Positions 30,401 through 39,894 are shown, counted from the stretch's first letter. The stretch is DNA of 64,000 nt from Haliotis rubra (GCF_003918875.1 NW_025766092.1:1054001-1118000); one strand, 5' to 3'. Translations and numbers: made by a program. Notes: generated by a model from the sequence alone, not told the origin.

Positions 30401-33400
30401 TATGGTTCACTTAGACAGGTATGGCTCACTCAGATAGGTATGGCTCACTCAGATAGGCATGGTTCAATCAAACAGGTATGGTTCACTCAGACAGGTATGG
30501 TTCACTCAGACAGGTATGGTTCACTCAGACATGTATGGTTCACTCAGACAGGTATGGCTCACTCAGATAGGCATGGTTCACTCAGATAGGTATGGTTCAA
30601 TCAAACAGGTATGCTTCACTCAGACAGGTATGGTTCACTCACACATGTATGGTTCACTTAGACAGGTATGGTTCACTAAGACAGGTATGGTTCACGCATT
30701 GAGGTATGGTTCACTCGGACAGCCATGGTTCACTCAGACAGGTATGGTTCACTCAAACAGGTATGGTTCACTCTGATAGGTATGGTTCACTCAGATAGGT
30801 ATTGTTCACTCAGATAGATATGGCTCACTCAGACAGGTATGGCTCACTCAGATAGGTATGGTTTACTCAGACCGGTATGGTTCACTCAAACAGGTATGGT
30901 TCACTCTGATAGGTATGGTTCACTCAGACAGCTATGGTTCACTCAGACAGGTATGGTTCACTTAGACAGGTATTGTTCACTCAGACAGGTATGGTTCACT
31001 CAGACAGGTATGGTTCACTCAGACATGTATGGTTCACTCAGATAGGAATGGTTCACTCAGACAGGTATGGTTCACTCAGATAGGTATGGTTCACTCAGAC
31101 AGGTATGGTTCACTCAGATTGGTATGGTTCACTCAGACAGGTATTGTTCACTCAGACAGGTATGGTTCACACATTGAGGTATGCTTCGCTCAGACAGGTA
31201 TGGTTCATTCAGATAGGTATGGTTCACTTAGATAGGTATGGTTCACTCAGACATGTATGGTTCACTCAGACAGGTATGGTTCACTTGGACAGGTATGGTT
31301 CACTCAGACAGGTATGGCTCACTCAGATAGGCATGGTTCACTCAGATAGGTATGGTTCACTCAAACAGGTATGGTTCACTCAGACAGGTATGGTTCACTC
31401 ACACATGTATGGTTCACTCAGACAGGTATGGTTCACTAAGACAGGTATGGTTCACACATTGAGGTATGGTTCACTCGGACAGCTATGGTTCACTCAGACA
31501 GGTATGGTTCACACATTTAGGTATGGTTCACTCGGACAGGTATGGCTCACTCAGACAGGTCTTGTTCACTCAGACAGGTATGGTTCACTCAGTCAGGTAT
31601 GGCTCACTCAGATAAGTATGGTCCACAATTGAGGTACGGTTCACTCAGATAGGTATGGTTCACTCAAAGTGTTTCACTCGAAGATATAGTTGTTGTCATT
31701 CTGGCATTGCTATGTTAAATCCATTTACTTCAATCAAGGAAAGTTCCAGCAGCTAATGTAATGATAAGAGACAACAATGAGGATTGGTTGTTTGTGAAAT
31801 GTCGCCGCGCTGTTTATGTGGCACCATACTGGGCGTCAGGGGTTGTTCCTCTGCCTGCTATACAGGTCTTCTCAGTGATATATCAGCCCAAAGTAAAGGT
31901 GATACAGGGGAACCCGTTTGGACCAAATCTGATGTTAGGGCTATTCTGTTGAATATCTCAGAATACAAGGAATATTACTTCAGTAATCTATAAAGATTAT
32001 GTAAAACATAAAACACTAAATTCAAACGACGGTTCAACGTAACATTCCCTTTGCCGATCCAAGAATTTCTTCACAATTTCAAATAATTCTTTGCCATTTG
32101 ATTGCCTAAATATGATTTGTTCATATATCGTAAAATGGCAAATATTACTCTTTTCTTAAGATAGAATGGGTTGATGATTGAATGTGAGAGATGGTGTTGC
32201 ACGCTGTGACGAAGGCTGTCACATATACCTTCCTGTGTCTTCAGGTTTTGTGTGGATGGTGCGATTAATGGTCTTTGAATTAATCATATATATTTATAAG
32301 AACTGACTTCATCCTGTGTCGATGGAGACACAAATCGGTGTGCACACAAATATCTTGATGTTCTTTATCCCTTTTTTTTCAATGTTCTAATCGTGTGATA
32401 TCGATATTGTTTGCTCAGGCACATCACCGGGTATAACCCACCTGTAATTGACGCACAGCAGGACCTGCTGGATGCTCGGGGAACGCTAGTCGACGGTGTC
32501 ACTGAGATTACCTTCTCTCGTAAAAGAAATACTGGTGGACTTCAAGATTTTACCTTCACCGACACCGACTGTCCATTCTTGATCTTCCCCGTTGGCGGCG
32601 GCGGCTACAACGCAGCTGACAAGAGTATCTCCAAGCATGACACAACGCCCGAGGTGTCAGCTCAAAGAATCTGTTTCAGCAGTACATGTGCTAATAATGG
32701 TACGTTTATTGTTTCCAGACCCGTGCAGATCTGGGTTAGAAATGGTCTTAAGCAACCCATGCTTGTCGTAAGAGGCGACTAACGGGATCGGATGGTCGGG
32801 GTCGGTGACTTGGTTGATACAGTTGCGTAGATCGATGCTAATGATGTTGATCACTGGATTGTCTGGTCCAGACCTGTCAGTCGAAGAAGCTACTAACAGG
32901 ATCCGGCGCTCAGGCTCCGTGACTTAGTAATTCATCCATATTGACCTCACCATACTGATGTTGTTCAGGCAAAACGTCCATCCCGTCCTTTCTGGATATA
33001 TGCTGATTTTCCAGTTGCCATTGATTCAGTAACCATAATAATCACAACCTACTGGACCTCATCAAATAAAGGGAATCACTCTGTTTATTTGCAGCAACAA
33101 AACCAACGTTTCAGTTCACAGCTTCCCTGCGGTTTCCAAACCTGCAGTACACAACCGACTTCGCCAACAAGATGTCCAATGTCTTCATCCTACTGAAAAG
33201 CCAATTAGATAAAGAGGTATTAAGGAATATATATTAAAATATATATAAAACTCAAAACAAGTTTAGAACACGAATATTTGTAAGGCTGGGCGCCAAGCCA
33301 GGAGCCGGTTTACTACAGTCTTCTTGGAAAAATCGGGATTCCTGTATTTCTTTTGAGTAGTATAGTGTATAACTGTATTGGAAATTGGATCCTCTACTAT

Positions 33401-36400
33401 TACAGTATACATAGCTGGAAGTATATGTTTTAAAGGCATTAACTTTTCCTTCTCAACACCCTGCCGTTTGCCACTATTATGTCCGTTATTTCAGATGAAT
33501 CTCCTGCCGAAACCGAGTACAGTGCAGAAAATTGAAGTTATCAATCTACGGTTAGTAATTGTCACTTAATGTTCATTTGGTTGTAACGTTACACATGACT
33601 AAGCTAAAACATAACAAGAAACTTTGTACTTTTTATGTTCAAAATTATTAATTATTAGAAATGAATTAATGTGTGGTTTTAAAACCGATAATTTGCAATA
33701 ACCCACTTCTGTCTTTTAAAGCTAACTTATGTAAAGCATATTGTCATATTTATTTCATATATCAGTGTTTCTTGACATACCGGTACTCTTATTGTTGAAT
33801 CCGTCATGATGTATCTTCTTCAGGGAAGGAAGTGTCATAGCCGACTTCCTAGTTACCTCCAATACAGAGAGCAATCAGACCTTCCAAGAAGATTCCCTGA
33901 AATTCTTCACGTCTGTGCAGACTCTGGGAAGTGTTGCAGGACACACCCTTGATACGTCCTATCCAGTAGTGAAGGGTGCCCAACAACAAGGTACTACTGC
34001 TATCCCCTACATGTGGGAATGTGTATAGTCATTACCACTTGCTAATTGACATAACCTGGGCACTCATTACTCCAAATTGACATAACCTGGGCACTCATTA
34101 CTCCAAATTGGCATAGCCTGGGAACTCATTACTATCAGGTTTGTAGTTACTATCAGGGTCTTTAATTTAACATCGCTCACTTCATCTTTGTGAATGACGT
34201 AAACACAGGTATTATCGTCCCAATGAAATACGGATTTACATGTACTCAACTATTTCATTATTACTGAGTAATAACCTTGTTTGTTAATGAAAGTATTCCT
34301 GGGTGAATAGTTCTGAAAGTGGGATTTCCTTATTGGCAAAGTTTGACTGTACCATGTTCCTTGAATATTCATAATTCCAAGTTAAAGATTATAATTAAGT
34401 ACAGGAAAACAATTTCCGTTAATGTCCGTCACGGTCTAGTATTAAAACTGACTGTTATCTGGTATACCTGTATGAAGTCTGTTACTATTAAGCGACACAT
34501 TATATGATCTTTATTGTTTTCACGAAAGGTAACGGGAACATGTTTCAAGGCAAGTGTACAGGCCAGTGGCCTGCCGTCTGTAATAACTGCCCGTATCAAG
34601 TCAAGTGGGTTGTGGACTCCGTTAAAGATGAGGTAACCTTCACCATCATCGCCAGGTTAAATGGCCAACAGAAATGGATAGGACTTGGGTTCTCCCCAAG
34701 TGGTCAGATGGTAAGTTTTTCGGACATTAGATTTTATATTTACTTTTCAATACATGATCGATGGATGGCCACAAACTGCTAGCAACCACAGACCAATGTT
34801 GATTCAGCTTGCAATGAATGCTTCAGGTAGTCCGCGTGTATACCTGTAACCCTCCCAGACCTCGTACAGTACATGTCAGCATATTCAGGATATGTGCGAA
34901 GAGAAAACATTGTGTGTGATTGTGTTGTGGCGTTGTGCAGTGCTGGCTCTGGTGCTGGTGCTGTGCTGTGCTGCTGCTGTGCTGTGCTGTGCTGTGCACA
35001 TATATTGACACGTTACGTACGGTCAATGACCGAATCACCTTCAATCCCCTATTGAACAATTCCTTCATCTTTGATATGATCATCTGCGAGACGTTGATGG
35101 TGTCCTCCCATCTCAAAACACCAGTTATCATCTCCTTTAGTCAAATTAATACTAGTTATAATTGAATAATTTAGTTGTAATGTTAAATATGAAAAATAGA
35201 CATTACGATGTGCACAAACATTTTTTTCAGGACAAAACTGATGCTGTCATAGGATGGGTGGAAGGATCAAGTGTCTATGTTTCAAACAGGTAACTGTCCA
35301 TTTTCTTTTCCTGAATTCAGTTCCCGATGTATCCTTCTGACAGAAATACATTATGGGTCATCCAGTCAACCGTTTTTCAGTTGTATGGAGGAGCTATAAC
35401 TAAGCAAATCTATGGTGTCAGGATTGCATATGGTCGGACTTATAAAATAAAACTGGGAATAGTATGTAATTAATAGTAATTATCATATTAAAAATCCCAA
35501 AAGTGTCTATACATGTTGAGATTCAGTACAATTACGAATGGTTTGACCCGTGAATGTCCGGCTTAGAATATTGATCTTCAGTAACCCATGCTGGTCGTAA
35601 GAGGCAACTAACGGGATCGGGTGATCAGGCTCGCTGACTTGTTTGACACATGTCATTGGTTCCCAATTGCGCAGATCGATGCTCATGCTGTTGATCACTG
35701 GATTGTCTGGTTCAGACTCGATTATTGACAGACCGCCGCCATATAGTTAGAATATTGCTGAATGCGGCGTAACACGAAACTCACTTACTCTCACGAATGG
35801 TTTGTTATGATGGCGTCGTCGGGTTTCATCGTAGCGGTAAGCATCTGGGACACGCATCAGTTCAGTGATCAATATTAAACCTCTTTAAACACAACCCACT
35901 CTATATGATTTGTTTCTTCCCCCTAAGGCACATCACTGGGTACAGCCCACCTGCCCTGGATGCTGAACAGAACCTGATGAATACTCGGGGGACACTAGTC
36001 GATGGTGTCACTGAGATTACCTTCTCTCGTAAAAGAAATACCGGTCGAGATGAAGATTTTACATTCACCCGACACCGACTGTCCATACTTGATCTTCCCT
36101 GTTGGTGGTGGCGGATACAATGCGGCTGACAAGAGTATCTCCAAGCATGACACAACGCCCATGGTGTCAACTCAAAGAATCTGTTTCAGCAACAAATGTG
36201 CTGGTAAGGGTGCCTTGGATTTGGCTGCCATTTTAACTGGTTTATTGGATCTTACTTCAATGTTTGATATTATTGTTTGTCTGCAGTTGGCTCAAAACAA
36301 CTCGTACCCTCCCCTAGGCGAAACATTTTGATATGTTCCACATGGTCACATAAGCCATTTTCAAACATCCTTTAGGTAGTTTATCTGCAATGTCGCAACC

Positions 36401-37846
36401 AAATCCAACTGTTTTGCAAGGGCAATAGTAATTTCATCTGGACACATTCTGATAACATTGATCACCTGTGAATGTATTTATTTTGCAGCTGAGGTGGTCA
36501 GCCAAGGCGCTGTTCCACCTCCAGCTCCGGCTCCAGCTCCCGACCACGTTGTCATCATCGTCGTCTGCATCAGCGTCGTCTTGTGCTTCCTTGGCGTCAT
36601 CGTGGGTATCTACAAGATCAGGGAAATAAAGAGTATGCAGCTTTCCAAGGTAAGAAGTAATTGTGAACCAACACAGGTGCTATTTTGATGATAGGTGTTA
36701 GGCTAGTCTACTGGTTATAATGCTTGTCATGGCCAGTGACCTGGTTTGATTCCCTAGTATGGTAAAATGAGTAAAACGCATTTTAGTGTATTCTGTGACA
36801 ATTTATGAAGAGAATCAAACGCAGCAGAAATCCACATGCACTCATAGTTTCATAAAACAATGCGGTCACTGCTGAGGATGGAAGCAGAAATACCAATATT
36901 TGTGTTCATAAATAACCTTTAGTCATGCATATTTCAATTAATAGTTCACCTTTCCATATACTACTAAAAAGGTCAAAGATTTACACTGTGTTTTAGTGGG
37001 TTTTCTATGTTAAAGATGTGGTTTCTCAGTCCCTTCGGTCTGTACAAAAATAACATAAAATAGAAAACTCCATTGAACTCCATTTTACCACCAATCCAGC
37101 GATTGTTATACAGATGAATATGTGTCCTCCAAGCAAGAACAAATAGCGCATTATTATTTGATGCTGTTATCCAAGATATTCAACACAAAACCTTTCTACA
37201 TCTGTATGTTGTATGTCTATAAATACTCGAGTTTGGACCAGACAATCCAGTTATTGACAGTATCAGATACGGGGATAGAGCAGATGTTTATGAACCACTC
37301 TCAAACAGTGATGACACCAAGTGGCAGCGAAAAGACTGCACCCGAGAGCACTCTCTTGTATTGCTAGAATACCCACAGAATGATCCAGGATCATTACTAC
37401 TGTTTTCTCCCCTTATTCCACCAATGGCACCTCTATCACGTTTGGGTATACCTCGTTGATATACTCATAGAAACGAATAATGGAACACCTGAAAGTACAA
37501 GTGTTCCTTTATTCTTTTCCAGGTTTCTTCTCAAGCTTTGTATTGCACTGTGGGTAAAATTCTGGAAAAGAAAACAGAAACACTTGTACTTTCATGTGTT
37601 CCCTTATTTGTTTCCATGAGTATCTATTCACGATTTCTTTGCCCATTTCAGAAACTCAACCCGCCCAATGACGACAAAAAGAGACTAGATCCCCGAGACG
37701 ACAGGCCTTACAACAGAGGCCCCTACCTTGGGCATGCTCGAAGGAACTCACCTCGCATGTCCGACACCAACTTCATGCCGCATATTCACGCCAGTGGAAG
37801 AAAACAGGACCCTCGAAGATCATTCAACGATGTGTACTATCCTTGA
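208..37846 (+). CDS. Multi-exon gene (5' end upstream of window) encoding a type I membrane protein with 8 DOMON and 8 SEA domains, TM helix and cytoplasmic tail
   Basis: 51 exons with AG/GT (three GC) boundaries and compatible phases. Repeating exon set A(179-182 nt), B(59), C(~281) = DOMON and D(116-122), E(56), F(167-173) = SEA. TM exon 36489-36649; stop at 37844-37846. Five 1-bp indels in this assembly. Confidence 0.88.
509..744. repeat. Direct tandem duplication, 2 x ~118 bp
   Basis: aggtttgaacggttacataaaa...ctacaaaaagctcc occurs twice back to back (509-626, 627-744). Confidence 0.9.
958..6021 (+). CDS. DOMON domain 1 (exons 958-1136, 3970-4028, 5726-6021)
   Basis: CTGQWPATCNNCPYQVTW...WIGLGFSPTGRM|PSSDAVIGWVDD...SDR|FLTGYSPPQID...GVTEIKFSRKRNT...ISQH. 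These are the DOMON motifs WxGxGFS, M..SD.vIGW, FsRk and His. Confidence 0.85.
1192..1373 (-). mobile_element. tRNA-derived SINE family A
   Basis: Reverse complement gives a tRNA-like head (A box tagcctagtgg, B box ggttcgattcc), body and (actc)n tail. Same family as 3639, 39388 and 41671. Confidence 0.85.
1497..1930. mobile_element. Truncated MITE copy, inverted relative to 2428-2958
   Basis: Reverse complement of 2484-2958; starts cagggtgccgttccactaaccgatcttag. Confidence 0.75.
2060..2238 (+). mobile_element. 3' end of an L2/CR1-type LINE
   Basis: gcgctttgagcat...aggcgcactataaat followed by an (att)n tail. Confidence 0.5.
2346..2430 (+). mobile_element. SINE family B 5' fragment, interrupted by the MITE
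   Basis: cccatgaaggcccgggttagaatattga...aacgggatcgggtggtcagg matches other family B copies. Confidence 0.75.
2428..2958. mobile_element. MITE with terminal inverted repeats
   Basis: Left end cgttccactaaccgatcttag; right end ctaagatcggttagtggaacg. Non-coding. Confidence 0.75.
3411..3573. other. Assembly gap (N run)
   Basis: Run of N. Confidence 1.
3639..3798 (+). mobile_element. tRNA-derived SINE family A
   Basis: A/B boxes and tail. TSD-like flanks tccagtgttacg / tccaatgttacg. Confidence 0.85.
5215..5350 (+). mobile_element. Diverged tRNA(Glu-like)-headed SINE with CORE-like body
   Basis: tagtggttag...ctctcacgcc...ggttcgaatcc followed by tgtgcgcctgggcaaggcactt. Confidence 0.55.
6181..6290 (+). 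mobile_element. SINE family A, 5'-truncated
   Basis: ccgggttcgattcccc...gatattgctgggatattgc...actcactc. Confidence 0.75.
6732..8213 (+). CDS. SEA domain 1 (exons 6732-6853, 7258-7313, 8047-8213)
   Basis: SLRFPNLQYSPLYANKSSDAFKNLKGLLEREM...IEVVSIRSGSVIADFEV...VGDYAVDP. SEA motifs including the GSVI loop. Confidence 0.85.
7415..7600 (-). mobile_element. SINE family B, diverged
   Basis: cagcaatattccagct...gtctggaccagacaatcca...gagcatcgatct. Confidence 0.65.
8445..8927. mobile_element. Non-autonomous hairpin-ended element, copy 1
   Basis: 59-bp inverted arms 8451-8509 / 8554-8612 around a 44-nt loop, then a body ending ttttggtttacaat. Homologous to 28344-28846. Confidence 0.8.
9830..10655 (+). 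CDS. SEA domain 2 (exons 9830-9945, 10262-10317, 10486-10655)
   Basis: FIASLRFPSLTYTADYANKGS...IEVINIRNGSVIADFVV. Canonical splice sites. Confidence 0.85.
11130..13900 (+). CDS. DOMON 2 + SEA 3 (exons 11130-11311, 11685-11743, 12338-12618, 12784-12905, 13334-13389, 13728-13900)
   Basis: Paralogous exons with intact frame; GRM and SKHD; SNGSIIA. Confidence 0.85.
11904..12146 (+). mobile_element. SINE family B
   Basis: acccgtaaaggtccgg...gcttgtcgtaagtggcgactaac...gatcactggattgtc...gctggaatattgctgagtg. Confidence 0.8.
14255..17492 (+). CDS. DOMON 3 + SEA 4 (exons 14255-14436, 14656-14714, 15055-15336, 16136-16257, 16911-16966, 17319-17492)
   Basis: Paralogous exons. Extra A at 15300-15306 and extra G at 17470-17471 relative to sister units. 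GC donor after 16966. Confidence 0.8.
15380..16014. mobile_element. Solo LTR, copy 1
   Basis: TGTTA...TAACA termini with 4-bp TSD CCAC (15376-15379 / 16015-16018). Absent from the homologous introns after 12618 and 26058. Confidence 0.8.
16555..16737 (+). mobile_element. L2/CR1-type LINE 3' fragment (also at ~20130-20313 and ~23695-23877)
   Basis: Degenerate LWNRLP...FKRQLKTHLFNIAF*, cgcccttgag...aggcactatacaaat, (ttta)n tail and taatac TSD. Absent at the homologous site ~26625. Confidence 0.7.
17833..21064 (+). CDS. DOMON 4 + SEA 5 (exons 17833-18013, 18234-18292, 18631-18911, 19711-19832, 20487-20542, 20892-21064)
   Basis: Paralogous exons. Missing C at ~17926. GC donor after 20542. Confidence 0.8.
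18955..19589. mobile_element. Solo LTR, copy 2 (co-duplicated)
   Basis: Same termini, TSD and position as 15380-16014. Confidence 0.8.
21396..24633 (+). CDS. DOMON 5 + SEA 6 (exons 21396-21577, 21797-21855, 22195-22475, 23274-23396, 24051-24106, 24461-24633)
   Basis: Paralogous exons. Extra C at 23276-23279. GC donor after 24106. Confidence 0.8.
22519..23152. mobile_element. Solo LTR, copy 3 (co-duplicated)
   Basis: Same termini, TSD and position as 15380-16014. Confidence 0.8.
24977..27614 (+). CDS. DOMON 6 + SEA 7 (exons 24977-25158, 25378-25436, 25778-26058, 26218-26339, 26928-26983, 27442-27614)
   Basis: Paralogous exons, intact frame, all GT donors. Confidence 0.85.
28008..33990 (+). 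CDS. DOMON 7 + SEA 8 (exons 28008-28189, 29714-29772, 32419-32699, 33095-33216, 33495-33550, 33824-33990)
   Basis: Intact frame; GRM and SKHD; REGSVIADF. Confidence 0.85.
28344..28846. mobile_element. Non-autonomous hairpin-ended element, copy 2
   Basis: Arms 28350-28408 / 28452-28510. Loop is the reverse complement of the loop in copy 1; body is in the same orientation. Confidence 0.8.
29765..31667. repeat. 19-bp minisatellite (tcagacaggtatggttcac), ~100 copies
   Basis: Begins inside exon 29714-29772 and repeats the exon/intron junction. Confidence 0.97.
32718..32872 (+). mobile_element. SINE family B, partial
   Basis: gacccgtgcagatctgggttagaa...gcttgtcgtaagaggcgactaacgggatc...ggattgtctggtccagac. 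Confidence 0.8.
34047..34130. repeat. 31-bp tandem repeat, ~2.7 copies
   Basis: ttgacataacctgggcactcattactccaaa repeated. Confidence 0.8.
34529..36203 (+). CDS. DOMON 8 (exons 34529-34710, 35231-35289, 35928-36203)
   Basis: WIGLGFSPSGQM|DKTDAVIGWVEG...|RHITGYSPP...SKHD. Extra C at 36068-36070. Confidence 0.82.
35545..35792 (+). mobile_element. SINE family B, full length
   Basis: gacccgtgaatgtccggcttagaat through gcggcgtaac...actcac. Confidence 0.85.
36489..36649 (+). CDS. Pro/Ala linker + transmembrane exon of the DOMON-SEA gene
   Basis: PPPAPAPAPDH-VVIIVVCISVVLCFLGVIVGIY-KIREIK: hydrophobic helix followed by a basic stop-transfer segment. Acceptor ttgcag, donor gtaaga. Confidence 0.88.
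37652..37846 (+). CDS. Terminal exon: cytoplasmic tail of the DOMON-SEA gene
   Basis: Acceptor ttcag, phase 0 matches the TM exon. KLNPPNDDKKRLDPRDDRPYNRGPYLGHARRNSPRM...FNDVYYP*. Confidence 0.8.
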   Translation, partial: KLNPPNDDKKRLDPRDDRPYNRGPYLGHARRNSPRMSDTNFMPHIHASGRKQDPRRSFNDVYYP

Positions 37847-38340
37847 ATCTTGTATGTCTATCAGAAATCCCATATGAACTTAAATATGAACACCCTAAAT
37901 ACTCATTTTGTAATGATATTATTGCATTATATGTATGAATATGCACGTGCACATCTTAAACGTAATTACTCCAGGATACTTCAGGATTTAAAATTTAAAT
38001 GTGAAAAAATCATTAAGGCAATTACAAGCCATATCGTTTTCAGATAACTTTAATGTATTTTGTAGTTTAATTTTTTGGATGCTGACATGCATACATTCAA
38101 TATGGTTGGATAAAACGCGTGCCTTTGATGAGTGGTATAGAAAGTCTCAAGAAAATTCATATGACTCCTTCAGGTCTTCCACATTATATCGGTTGTGATT
38201 GAAATAGAGCAGTATTGCCTGTGACGTTACAATTTACAGTATACTTTTTTTATATCCCTTTTCTCTTTTGATGACAAGAAGTAGCTTTGAAACATAGTTG
38301 CGGACAATTGTTATTTGTAAACATTTCTAACAAGACGTGA

Positions 38341-38346
38341 AATAAA
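38341..38346 (+). terminator. Candidate polyadenylation signal
   Basis: AATAAA ~500 nt after the stop codon, followed by a T/GT-rich stretch. Confidence 0.5.
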
Positions 38347-39119
38347 GATTTCTAACCACCCAATGTCCTTTTGTTATATTTGTGATTACACGTTCTCAGG
38401 CTTTGTGTTTTCAGTAAACACAGTGTGCAAGACTTTGTTAGGCGACAACTTTACTAGACCAAGTGGAGGTGGGAGCTAGTAGTGGTGGTGGGTTACAAGT
38501 GTCCCAACTGTGTAGTTCGATGCTCATGATGTTGATCACTTGATTGTCTGGTCCACACTTGGTTATTTACAGACCACTGCCATACAGCTGGAATATTGTT
38601 GAGTGAGCAACACATAAACCTGTGTTGTGCTTTAGGGCTGTAGGAAGCAAATGCAACCCTGTCAGCTTACTTGAAAAGTATAACCTGTAGCAATACAGTT
38701 TCAATTAATGAATTAATTATTCAATAGAAACGGTATCGCTAATCAATTAGATGTTAAATAAAAATATGAAATAGAATCTACAAAGTTACAGTCGAATTCA
38801 TTGTACTTGTGGATTTATCGTAAAACATTAACGCACAAGAAGAAACTTGACGGGAGACTAAATTAGTGAAAGTGTTTCCTGAACTAAGGCTGTAAAGTGG
38901 GACGTTTGCTGACGCCATCCGACCATGGCGAATGAAGATGTGACATTGCTGTCTATCGCTAGCTATGGTTACATAGTCTTAGCGTTAGTGGACGCGGAAA
39001 CGTGAGATGTTATGTACGTGAACCGGTTACAGTTTGTGTGGTAGGTGTAGTAGAAGCGGTAACAGAACTGGTTGTTGAGTGTGAGGCGGCAGCTAGGAGA
39101 GACTTAATGGTCATGGTAG

Positions 39120-39862
39120 CGTTATATTTTGTATAGAGAATTCAAAAGCTTGTTAAACCCTGAAAAATACCTTTTTGAGATTGCAGATTATAAATTACGT
39201 AAATATGTAGTTAGATTTAGAACAGGATTACTAAGGTTTAAATTTAATGAAGGACGATGGTGTAAAATTGAGAACATGTCCTATCTGTTACGGAGGTCTA
39301 GAAGACGAATACCATTTTACTTTCATTTGTCCTAGATATGATGACTTACTTCGTAAATATTTACCAAGTGATTTCAAAACGAATATTGGGGCGGTGGGGT
39401 AGCGTAGTGGTTAAAGCGTTCGTTCGTCACGTCGAAGACCCGGGTTCGATTCCCCACATGGGTACAATGTGTGAAGCCCATTTCTGGTGTCCCTCGCCGT
39501 AATATAGGTGGAATATTGCTAAAAGCGGTGTAAAACTCATTCACAAACTCAAAACGAATTTGCATAACTTTAAGAAACTACTTATGACAAATAACGTACA
39601 TAGTTTGATAATGCTCAGCCTATATATAATGCATTCTTACGAACGAAGATGTAAGCTATTACAAGAATGATAATATTAAATACCTTATTATACTTTTGTA
39701 TCTACTTTATCCATATTAACCTGTATCGTATGTTCTGATTACCTGTATACATCTATGCAGATGAGCGTGTATACATATATGCAAATTGTATTATAATGTA
39801 TGAAACTGTCTGTATATGGGCCCGATTGCCTTTGTACGGAAATAAAGTTTTGATTGATTGAA
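39120..39862 (+). mobile_element. LINE 3' fragment interrupted by a SINE
   Basis: YREFKSLLNPEKYL...RFRTG...EGRW, then (frameshifted) CPIC...EDEYHF...CPRY. Ends aataaagttttgattgattg. Confidence 0.65.
39388..39550 (+). mobile_element. tRNA(Asp-like)-derived SINE family A
   Basis: A/B boxes, gtc anticodon-like loop, TSD tcaaaacgaat on both sides. Confidence 0.88.
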
Positions 39863-39894
39863 CTGATGAGATGTTGTTAATTGTAGTTAGTTAA

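Noticed and set aside
29765-31667. CRISPR-like array or repetitive protein gene (ORFs of SDRYGSLRQVWFTQ...)
   Set aside because: There are no unique spacers, and the ORFs are by-products of a 19-bp tandem repeat in a eukaryotic intron.
34873-35165. Cys-rich ORFs (metallothionein-like)
   Set aside because: They are translations of a (gctgt)n/(gctggt)n microsatellite in an intron.
11130-36203. Cluster of separate tandem genes
   Set aside because: No unit has its own start or signal-peptide exon or stop exon, phases join continuously, and there is only one TM/terminal exon.
958-36203. Dopamine beta-hydroxylase/MOXD1 or ferric-chelate reductase FRRS1 call
   Set aside because: No copper monooxygenase or cytochrome b561 multi-TM domain follows the DOMONs.
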